Origin: an uncultured Candidatus Saccharibacteria bacterium
GTDB lineage: Bacteria; Patescibacteriota; Minisyncoccia; Phycocordibacterales; UBA9973
NCBI GenBank assembly: GCA_964637995.1
Contig: CAZWXV010000002.1
Location: 15,122 to 67,159 of the forward strand
DNA: 52,038 nucleotides
Reading direction: 5' to 3'
The position numbers were made by a program, and so were the translations under genes. Shown one piece after another: positions 36,583 through 44,112 of the stretch. The notes beneath the pieces were generated by a model that had not been told where the DNA came from, made no database searches, and saw only the letters and a program-made list of their open reading frames with translations. The stretch's first letter is position 1. The number at the start of each line of letters is the position of its first letter.

Positions 36583-37890
36583 ATGCTTCGTAACTTAACC
36601 GGCAAAATTTTTCTCATTTTAATTCTTTTGGTTTTTGGCGCCGGAGCTTTTTCTTACGCGTTCGCGGATTTTAGCAGCACCAGTTTTACGCTGGAAAACC
36701 CAATCAATATCATCGAGGGCGGACAGTCATCCTCGACCAGTTTCCAATATTTTTCCAGCACCGGTCAGCTTACCAGCGGGCAAAGCACCAGCACAAGCTT
36801 TAGCAAAAATACCGGCTTTTTATATTATCCTACGGCGACTTCCCCGGCCCTTTCTGCCACGGCTGGTAATTCACAAGTGACGCTCGATTGGACCGCGGCA
36901 GTCGGAACCCTAGCAAACATCACGAGCTACGAAGTAGGCATCAGCGCTACATCCGGAGGCACTTACACCTATACCTCAGTCGGCAACGTGCTTTCCGACA
37001 CCAGGACGGGCCTAACCAACGGCATCACTTATTTTTTTAAAGTCCGCTCTTATGCCGGGGGTCTTCTTTTGAGCGAGTCTGCCGAAGTAAGCGCTACTCC
37101 GGTTGCGCCGGTTACTCCGCCCAGCGGAGGCGGTGGAGGCGGTGGAAGCGGCAGCTTTCCCGCCGAAATTATTCTTTCCGGACGAGCATATCCTCTGAGC
37201 AGGGTTAGCGTCCTAAAAGACGGGCAGCTTGCGGTAACGACCATAGCCGGACCGGACAGCAACTTTACCGTGTCCTTGGGCAATCTCTCGACCGGCGATT
37301 ACACCTTTTCTGTCTATGGCGAAGACAAGGCCGGCCGGCGCTCCAGCCCGTTTATTTTCCAGGTTTATATTACTCGCGGCGTGGCTACGAACGTCGGGGG
37401 CATATTCATATCTCCGACCATCGCCGTGGATAAAAAGGAGGTAAAAAGAGGCGAAAACATAGTTATCTTCGGGCAAAGCGCCTCGGTTTCCGACATCGTT
37501 ATCAGTGTCAATTCCGAACAGGAAATTTTCAAGAATGCCAAAAGCGATGCGAGCGGCGCGTATCTCTTGAATTTTGACACTTCGGTGCTGGAGCTCGGCG
37601 GGCACTCCGCAAAGTCCAAAGCTTTAAAGGGCGGTGAAATCAGCGATTTCGGAAACCCGGCGCTTTTCGCGGTCGGGTCGAAGACATTGCCGGCTCAGTC
37701 GATTCTCCTCGGCAAGTGCGACCTAAATGAGGACGGCCGGTGCAACCTGGTAGACTTTTCCATCGCCGCCTACTGGTATAAACGTCCGCTTGCGGGAGGC
37801 ATAATACCCAAGGAAGTGAAATACTTGAACGGGGACGGCAGGATAGACCTGGTGGATTTCAGCATCATGGCTTTTTACTGGACGGGGTAA
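36583..37890 (+). CDS. Secreted FN3 + Ig-like + C-terminal dockerin-repeat protein
   Basis: 435 aa with a signal peptide. Has three S(S/T)TSF motifs and an FN3-like segment (VTLDWTAAVG...ITSYEVG...GITYFFKVRSY). Ends with two EF-hand-like dockerin repeats, DLNEDGRCNLVDFSIAAYW and LNGDGRIDLVDFSIMAFYW. Confidence 0.75.
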   Translation: MLRNLTGKIFLILILLVFGAGAFSYAFADFSSTSFTLENPINIIEGGQSSSTSFQYFSSTGQLTSGQSTSTSFSKNTGFLYYPTATSPALSATAGNSQVTLDWTAAVGTLANITSYEVGISATSGGTYTYTSVGNVLSDTRTGLTNGITYFFKVRSYAGGLLLSESAEVSATPVAPVTPPSGGGGGGGSGSFPAEIILSGRAYPLSRVSVLKDGQLAVTTIAGPDSNFTVSLGNLSTGDYTFSVYGEDKAGRRSSPFIFQVYITRGVATNVGGIFISPTIAVDKKEVKRGENIVIFGQSASVSDIVISVNSEQEIFKNAKSDASGAYLLNFDTSVLELGGHSAKSKALKGGEISDFGNPALFAVGSKTLPAQSILLGKCDLNEDGRCNLVDFSIAAYWYKRPLAGGIIPKEVKYLNGDGRIDLVDFSIMAFYWTG

Positions 37891-37896
37891 AGCATT

Positions 37897-38769
37897 ATGA
37901 ATAATTACACTAAAAATTTCCTTATCTTGGTTTTGTCTCTGTTTTGGCTCGTGCCCGGGACCCTTTTTGCGGCGGAAATATTTTTTAGGTCCGATCAGAA
38001 TGTTTTTCCGGTAAAAGAAAGTTTCTTGGTAGAAGTATTTATGGACACGGAAAGCGCTCGGATAAACGCAGTGGAGGGAACTATCTTGTTTCCGGACGAG
38101 CTTTTGGAACTAAAAGAGATCAGAGAAGGAAACTCCGCTCTCAATTTCTGGGTAGACAAGCCCGAAAGTGCGGAACCCGGGAAGATATCTTTTTCCGGAA
38201 TGACCCCCGGCGGATTTTCCGGAGCTGACCGGCTTTTATTCGGAATAATATTTGAAACCAAAAAGCTGGGGGAGAGCAGCCTCCGATTCGGCGGAACCGT
38301 AGCCCTGCTTAACGACGGATTGGGGACAAAAACGGATGTAGAAGAAACAAATTTCGATTTTGCCGTTTCCGCTTCGGCCGGAGCCGCGGACAGAGACTTG
38401 GCGCTCCTGGATACCGAGCCGCCGGAGAGCTTTACTATTTTTGTTGCGAACGAGCCCTCCTTATTTGAAGGCAAATATTTTGCCGTATGGAGTACGGTGG
38501 ATAAAGGCGCGGGCATGGACCACTACGAGGTGCGTGAAGGCTTCTGGGCAGACTTCGAAACGGCAGAAAGCCCGCATATACTAGCTGACCAGTCGCTCCG
38601 GAAAAATATATACGTCAAGGCGGTGGATAAATCGCAAAACGAAAGAGTGGTAAAAATGAAAGCCCAAAACGGCGGCCTCGGGTTGGCCGCCTGGACGGTT
38701 CTTGTTATAATCATACTAGTGGTTATCTTGATGTTACGTAAAAAAATATGGCCAAAGCGTCCCGAATAA
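37897..38769 (+). CDS. Cohesin-like domain protein with a C-terminal membrane anchor
   Basis: 290 aa with a signal peptide. Contains FPVKESFLVEVFMDTESARINAVEGTILFPDELLELKEIREGNSALNFWV...GKISFSGMTPGGFSG...LLFGIIFETKKLGESSLRF (cohesin pattern) and the transmembrane helix AAWTVLVIIILVVILML near the C-terminus. Confidence 0.65.
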   Translation: MNNYTKNFLILVLSLFWLVPGTLFAAEIFFRSDQNVFPVKESFLVEVFMDTESARINAVEGTILFPDELLELKEIREGNSALNFWVDKPESAEPGKISFSGMTPGGFSGADRLLFGIIFETKKLGESSLRFGGTVALLNDGLGTKTDVEETNFDFAVSASAGAADRDLALLDTEPPESFTIFVANEPSLFEGKYFAVWSTVDKGAGMDHYEVREGFWADFETAESPHILADQSLRKNIYVKAVDKSQNERVVKMKAQNGGLGLAAWTVLVIIILVVILMLRKKIWPKRPE

Positions 38770-39881
38770 TAATATTTCTTTTCTTGTTCATCTTTCTTCC
38801 GGTTGTGGCGCACGCGGCGACTCTTTCGCTTTCTCCCGACACCGGCAGTTTTGAAGTAGGTGACCGAGTTTCGGTTCGGGTTATTGCCTCATCCTCGACT
38901 TCCCTTAACGCCGTGTCGGGCACGGTATCGTTCCCAACATCGCTTTTTACCGTGGAGTCGGTTTCCAAAGCGGGCTCCATAATTGATTTCTGGGTGACCG
39001 AACCTTCGGTTTCCAAGGCTTCCGGCACTGTCAAATTCGAAGGTGTGGCGCTCGGCGGCTTCAACGGCTCTTCGGGCACTGTGGCCACTCTCCACTTGCG
39101 CGCCGCAAAAACCGGCTCAGCTAAGCTGACGTTCCAATCCGGCCAGATACTAGCGAATGACGGCGCGGGGACGAACATTACCGGCACTCTTGCCGGAGCG
39201 ACATATACTATCAAACCGGCATCCCCAAAGCCCGTGCCCATACCGGAAGAAGAGATAGAGCCGGAGGTAACTCAACCATCCCCATCGCTCCAGGCGCCGG
39301 AGATAATGCTCGGTTCGAAGTACGGTGCTGGAGCCATCATCGGTACGTCTATTCACGGCAAGGTGCAGGTGCTGATAACTTTCGTGGCGCGGGACGGAGT
39401 GAAAATCTTCATTGCCGGTATTTCCGACAATGAGGGAGGTTTTGGCATTATCGTACCGACCTCGCTTAAACGGGGAGTTTATACCGTAAGCGCGGTGGTC
39501 ATCAAAGAAGACAAGACCAACAGTGATCCTTCGAATACCATTGTCGTATCGGTGGGCAGCATTTTCTCGGATATCGGCTGGGAAGTATCGCTCCTGATTA
39601 TCCTCCTCGTACTCTGCATACTATATCTTTTGCTTCGCATTCATACACATCTCAAAGACAAAGGGCCGAGGAGCCCTATTCCCACCAAGGAGGAAATGCG
39701 CCAGGCGGAGGAGACCATACGCAAATCATTTAAAGCCCTACAGGACGATGTGACCGACCGGTCGCGAGGAATAATAAACCCCGTGGAACGGGCCAACATA
39801 GAGGAACTTAAAAAAGATATTAACTCCACCGAGGCCTTGTTGGAGAAAGAAATAAAGAGTATAGGTGAAGAGCGAAAATAA
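38748..39881 (+). CDS. Cohesin-like domain protein with a TM helix and a cytoplasmic coiled-coil tail
   Basis: 377 aa with a signal peptide ending AHA. Contains LSLSPDTGSFEVGDRVSVRVIASSSTSLNAVSGTVSFPTSLFTVESVSKAGSIIDFWV...GTVKFEGVALGGFNGSSGTVATLHLRAAKTGSAKLTF and the transmembrane helix VSLLIILLVLCILYLLL. The tail is charged. Overlaps the previous gene by 22 nt. Confidence 0.65.
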   Translation: MAKASRIIIFLFLFIFLPVVAHAATLSLSPDTGSFEVGDRVSVRVIASSSTSLNAVSGTVSFPTSLFTVESVSKAGSIIDFWVTEPSVSKASGTVKFEGVALGGFNGSSGTVATLHLRAAKTGSAKLTFQSGQILANDGAGTNITGTLAGATYTIKPASPKPVPIPEEEIEPEVTQPSPSLQAPEIMLGSKYGAGAIIGTSIHGKVQVLITFVARDGVKIFIAGISDNEGGFGIIVPTSLKRGVYTVSAVVIKEDKTNSDPSNTIVVSVGSIFSDIGWEVSLLIILLVLCILYLLLRIHTHLKDKGPRSPIPTKEEMRQAEETIRKSFKALQDDVTDRSRGIINPVERANIEELKKDINSTEALLEKEIKSIGEERK

Positions 39882-39923
39882 AATTTTCAAAAAACAGCTT
39901 TTTGTTGTATAGTAGCTGGTGTT

Positions 39924-40913
39924 ATGTCGCTTTCCATCGGAATCGTTGGTCTGCCGAACGTGGGGAAATCCACGCTCTTTAATGCGTTGACCAAAAAAAG
40001 CGTGCCGGCGGAAAATTACCCTTTTTGCACCATTGACCCATCGGTGGGTATCGTGCCCGTGCCGGACGAGCGGGTAGGCAAGCTTTCCCTACTCTCGCAT
40101 TCCAAAAAAACTATTCCCGCGGTCATAGAATTCGTGGATATTGCCGGCCTGGTGGCCGGCGCCTCCTCGGGCGAGGGTCTCGGTAATAAATTTCTGTCCA
40201 ACATCCGCGAGGTGGATGCCATAGCGCACGTCGTGCGCGTGTTTGAGGACCCGAGCGTAATACACGTGGCGCAGAAAATAGAGCCCATGAGCGACATCGG
40301 CGTCATTAATCTAGAGCTCGTACTTTCGGATATGGAAATAGTTTCCAAACGATTAGCCAATCTTACCAAAGACGCCAAGCGGGGGGACAAAGAAGCCATT
40401 GCGGAGGAAATGGTGCTCAAGAAAGTGGAGCAGGTTCTGGAGGCGGGCCGGATGGCCGCCGAAGCCGGGCTTTCCAGAGACGAAAAACTAAAAATAAAAT
40501 CTCTCAATTTGCTGACCCTGAAACCCATGCTTTATGTACTCAATACTTCGGAGGCGAATAATAATGTGGAGGTTGAAGCGCCCGGAGCTTCGGTCAAAGT
40601 GGATTCCGTTTTTGAAAAAGGATTCGACGACCTGATCAAGGCAAGCTACCAGCTTCTGGGGCTCGAAACGTTTCTTACTACCGGAGAGGACGAGACCCGC
40701 GCCTGGACCATAAAAATCGGTTCTACCGCTCCGGAGGCAGGGCAGGCGATTCACACCGACTTCAAGGATAAATTCATCCGCGCGGAGGTCATCTCTTACG
40801 AAAAGCTTATAGAAGCGGGTTCCCGCGCCGCGGCCCGCGAAAAAGGCTGGGTTCGCACTGAAGGCAAGGAATACATAGTGCAGGATGGCGACGTAATAGA
40901 ATTTTTGATATGA
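39924..40913 (+). CDS. ychF: Obg-family ribosome-binding ATPase YchF
   Basis: 329 aa with IGIVGLPNVGKSTLFNALT and a TGS-like C-terminus ...EGKEYIVQDGDVIEF. Confidence 0.9.
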   Translation: MSLSIGIVGLPNVGKSTLFNALTKKSVPAENYPFCTIDPSVGIVPVPDERVGKLSLLSHSKKTIPAVIEFVDIAGLVAGASSGEGLGNKFLSNIREVDAIAHVVRVFEDPSVIHVAQKIEPMSDIGVINLELVLSDMEIVSKRLANLTKDAKRGDKEAIAEEMVLKKVEQVLEAGRMAAEAGLSRDEKLKIKSLNLLTLKPMLYVLNTSEANNNVEVEAPGASVKVDSVFEKGFDDLIKASYQLLGLETFLTTGEDETRAWTIKIGSTAPEAGQAIHTDFKDKFIRAEVISYEKLIEAGSRAAAREKGWVRTEGKEYIVQDGDVIEFLI

Positions 40914-41791
40914 CGGAAGAACACAAAGGAGAATCTCTGATATTTGGAGGAGCGTTACTTACCGGTTTATTCCCAATAATAACCGTTTTGTCCTTTAAAA
41001 CTATTCCCAGCATGGTCTCGCTCACTATCAGTACTTTTTTAACCAGTATTATTTTTTTTATAGTCATACTTTATAAAGGAAAACTGCACGAATTAAAAAA
41101 TACGCTGTTGTGGAGATATATATCTATTGTTGTGATTTTTATCGGAATCTTTTATTACGGTTTTTACTATTTTGGACTTACGCATACCACTCCCGGCAAC
41201 GCGGTCATCATAGCCTTGTTTGAAGTCTTTACTTCTTATGTATTTTTTCACCTCATCCGCAAAGAACATTTTTCTTTTGAGTCAAAAATTGGCGCCATTT
41301 TAATGATTATTGGCGCTCTAATTGTACTCACTCCGAATTTTTCTTCCATAAATTTAGGCGATATATTTATCCTTTTGGCCACATTTTTCTCACCGATCGG
41401 GAATTTATACCAGCAAAAAGCGAAAAGCATTTCTTCAACCGAAACTATTTTATTTCTTCGCAGCATAACTGCAACACCATTCCTGCTCCTGATTGCCTTT
41501 ATGTTTGGCCAGCATTTTCAACTCCAACCTATTAAAGAATCTTTTCTGCTTCTAGTTTTGAATGGTTTCATTATGTTGGGCCTATCTAAAGTATTCTGGC
41601 TGGAAGGCATTTCCCGCATATCCGTTACCAAAGCGAGTGCCCTCAGCAGCTTGGCGCCACTGTTTACGTTGTTTGTTGCGTGGCTCTTGCTTGGCCATAT
41701 ACCCACTATATGGCAGGTCGCATCCCTGATACCGTTCTTTTTCGGCATATTATTATTGACGAATAATTTAAAATTAAAATATGGAAATTAA
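40910..41791 (+). CDS. EamA/DMT-family transporter
   Basis: 293 aa, about ten transmembrane helices, two-repeat architecture. Confidence 0.7.
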   Translation: MTEEHKGESLIFGGALLTGLFPIITVLSFKTIPSMVSLTISTFLTSIIFFIVILYKGKLHELKNTLLWRYISIVVIFIGIFYYGFYYFGLTHTTPGNAVIIALFEVFTSYVFFHLIRKEHFSFESKIGAILMIIGALIVLTPNFSSINLGDIFILLATFFSPIGNLYQQKAKSISSTETILFLRSITATPFLLLIAFMFGQHFQLQPIKESFLLLVLNGFIMLGLSKVFWLEGISRISVTKASALSSLAPLFTLFVAWLLLGHIPTIWQVASLIPFFFGILLLTNNLKLKYGN

Positions 41792-42668
41792 GCTTTTTTA
41801 TTCCAAAGACTGGACGGATTACGAGCTTCTGGATACCGGTGAAGGGGAGAAGCTGGAACGGTTCGGCCAGTACATGTTTGTACGCCCTTTTGAAGACGCC
41901 GTCTGGCCCAAGAGCCTGCCTGTTTCAGAGTGGCAAAAAGCGGACGGAAAATTCTGGAGCTCCAAAGAAGGCGCGAAAAAAGGCTGGAAAATGGAGGGAA
42001 AAATCGAGCCCAAATGGGAAATGGTATACAAAGGCGTAAAATTTCTGGCAACGCCCACGCCGTTTCGGCATCTGGGGTTTTTCCCGGAACAAGCGAGCCA
42101 TTGGGATTTTATAGAGCGTGAACTCCGGGAGCACGAGAAAAATATGAAGCGGCCCATTAAGTTTTTAAACTTATTCGGGTATACGGGGGTCGCGAGTTTG
42201 TTCGCTCTCCGGACCGGAGCGGAGGTGACGCACGTGGATGCCTCCAGGCAAAGCCTAAATTGGGCAAAGGAAAATCAGGAGCTTTCCAATATGGGGAATC
42301 TGCCTATGCGCATTATCGAAGACGACGTCATTAAATTTCTGGAACGCGAAGAGAAAAGAGGAAATAAATACGATGCGGTGATTATGGACCCGCCGAAATT
42401 CGGCAGAGGGCCAAAAGGCGAAGTCTGGAAAATAGAAGAAATGCTGCCGAAACTGCTTCTTCGGGTGAAAAAAGTTTTAAGCGACAAACCGCTTTTTGTG
42501 ATATTGACTTCTTACGCCACGGACACCTCGCCGCTATCTTTGGGCTATGCGCTCTCTCACGCCATGAAGGATTGGGGTGGCAAAGTGGAACAAGGCGAAC
42601 TTTGCGTTATAGAAAAATCGAACCAACGCAGTATCCCTCTGGCAAATACGGCAATATGGTTTTCGTAA
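41781..42668 (+). CDS. Class I SAM-dependent methyltransferase (RlmI/YwbD-like catalytic domain)
   Basis: 295 aa with LNLFGYTGVASL, VDASRQSLNWAKEN and MDPPKFGRGPKGEVW. Confidence 0.75.
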   Translation: MEIKLFYSKDWTDYELLDTGEGEKLERFGQYMFVRPFEDAVWPKSLPVSEWQKADGKFWSSKEGAKKGWKMEGKIEPKWEMVYKGVKFLATPTPFRHLGFFPEQASHWDFIERELREHEKNMKRPIKFLNLFGYTGVASLFALRTGAEVTHVDASRQSLNWAKENQELSNMGNLPMRIIEDDVIKFLEREEKRGNKYDAVIMDPPKFGRGPKGEVWKIEEMLPKLLLRVKKVLSDKPLFVILTSYATDTSPLSLGYALSHAMKDWGGKVEQGELCVIEKSNQRSIPLANTAIWFS

Positions 42669-42679
42669 ATTAAAGGCTT

Positions 42680-43042
42680 CTATATATTTTGGGTCTGGTT
42701 TTTTTCTGCGCTTTCCGTATCGTCGTCTTCGACAATTTCTTCCTGAATGTCTTCTACGTCTTCCTGAATCTCATCGACATCTTTCTGTATCTCTTCAATG
42801 TCCTCCGAAACCTCCTCGAGTTCGGCTGCGTGCTGGTTCACAGTCATTTGTATAAAAATGGAAAGATAGATAGCCTCGAGCGATACGACGGTCGTGAGTA
42901 TCAAAAGCACATCCGAAGAGGAAACGCCGAAAATACGCAGGCCCAGCATGCCGGCGAAGAAAATAGTATGGATGATTATCGACTGAGGCGAACCTATCCA
43001 GCGAGTTATTTTCCTTGAAAAATTCTCAAATTTTTTCCTCAT
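42680..43042 (-). CDS. DUF1003-like membrane protein with an acidic repeat tail
   Basis: 120 aa. Contains IIIHTIFFAGMLGL...TTVVSLEAIYLSIFIQMTVN, followed by EEVSEDIEEIQKDVDEIQEDVEDIQEEIVEDDD. Confidence 0.55.
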   Translation of the reverse strand: MRKKFENFSRKITRWIGSPQSIIIHTIFFAGMLGLRIFGVSSSDVLLILTTVVSLEAIYLSIFIQMTVNQHAAELEEVSEDIEEIQKDVDEIQEDVEDIQEEIVEDDDTESAEKNQTQNI

Positions 43043-43048
43043 GGTTTT

Positions 43049-43054
43049 AGTATG
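43049..43054 (-). promoter_or_regulatory. -10-like CATACT, 6 nt upstream of the DUF1003 gene ATG
   Basis: The reverse strand reads CATACTaaaaccATG. Confidence 0.35.
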
Positions 43055-43105
43055 CCGAATGGCTGATGTTTATTAACAGTCCCTATTCTTGCTAAACCTG
43101 ATAAA

Positions 43106-43114
43106 TGATACAAT
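43106..43114 (+). promoter_or_regulatory. Extended -10 (TGaTACAAT), 7 nt upstream of the ATG at 43122
   Basis: Sequence is tgaTACAATaggtattATG. Confidence 0.4.
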
Positions 43115-43121
43115 AGGTATT

Positions 43122-44069
43122 ATGGAAACACAAGCAAAAAGTGGAGCTAAGGATTTCTTTATCAACCTGGGTGCGATAATGGCTCTGTACACTACGGTGG
43201 TGAGTCTAGTCAATCTTTTATTCCGGGTCATAAATACCGCCTATCCCAAGATTAACAACGGTCATTTCGGCTTTGGTTGGAACAGCGGTTCTATCAGCTG
43301 GCCGGTCGCGGCGATAATAGTCTTTTTTCCCATCTTCATCCTCTTGATGTGGCTTTTGGAACGGGATTACCGGGTGTTTCCGGACAAGCAGTATGCCGGG
43401 GTTCATAAATGGTTTTCCTACATTACCTTATTCGTTTTCGGGATAGTTTTGGCGGGTGACCTGTTGACCGTATTGTACTACTTTATCGACGGCAGGGAAT
43501 TGACCACAGGCTTTTTCCTGAAAGTTCTGGTCCTCTTAGTAATCGCAGGCGGGCTCTTCAGTTATTATCTCTATGATGTAATGGGGCGACTGACCGGCAA
43601 CGTGCGGAAAATCTACAGAGTCATAGCGCTCATCATTGTGGTGGGGTCCATAATCTGGGGTTTTAACATCATCGGTTCGCCTCGCACGCAGCAGCTCCTG
43701 AAATATGACCTAGAGAAAGCGGATGAATTACAGCAAATCAACAACGAGATAACCTATTTTTACCAGGACAAAGGCTACCTGCCGCAGAGCCTGGCGGAGT
43801 TGTCCCAAGGGAGCTACAAGGGCCCGGAGAGAGTGGATCCGCAGACCAAAAGGCCTTACGAGTACATGAAGACCAACGATGTTACCTATCTTTTGTGCGC
43901 GGAGTTCAATAAGGAGTCCGATGATAAGAACACAGAGAGTTACTACAATTATTACGGGTACAATGATACCAACTGGACCCATCCGGCCGGCAGGTATTGC
44001 TTTACGAAAAACATAGACAAGAATCTGTACCAGCCGCAAATAGTTCCGGCTCCCATATACAACTACTAA
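43122..44069 (+). CDS. DUF5671-like membrane protein with a pseudopilin-like C-terminal region
   Basis: I place the start at the ATG at 43122 rather than the ORF-track TTG at 43089. Contains AKDFFINLGAIMALYTTVVSLVNLLF and the C-terminal YLPQSLAEL...DPQTKRPYEY...YLLCAEF. Confidence 0.6.
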   Translation: METQAKSGAKDFFINLGAIMALYTTVVSLVNLLFRVINTAYPKINNGHFGFGWNSGSISWPVAAIIVFFPIFILLMWLLERDYRVFPDKQYAGVHKWFSYITLFVFGIVLAGDLLTVLYYFIDGRELTTGFFLKVLVLLVIAGGLFSYYLYDVMGRLTGNVRKIYRVIALIIVVGSIIWGFNIIGSPRTQQLLKYDLEKADELQQINNEITYFYQDKGYLPQSLAELSQGSYKGPERVDPQTKRPYEYMKTNDVTYLLCAEFNKESDDKNTESYYNYYGYNDTNWTHPAGRYCFTKNIDKNLYQPQIVPAPIYNY

Positions 44070-44112
44070 CTGACGTTTTGCAAACCCCGATATTTCAGGT
44101 ATTATTGAGCAT

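Noticed and set aside
44070-44112. T-box leader upstream of leuS
   Set aside because: The spacer is only 43 nt, which cannot hold a T-box of about 200 nt or more. A -10-like TATTAT lies 7 nt from the ATG.
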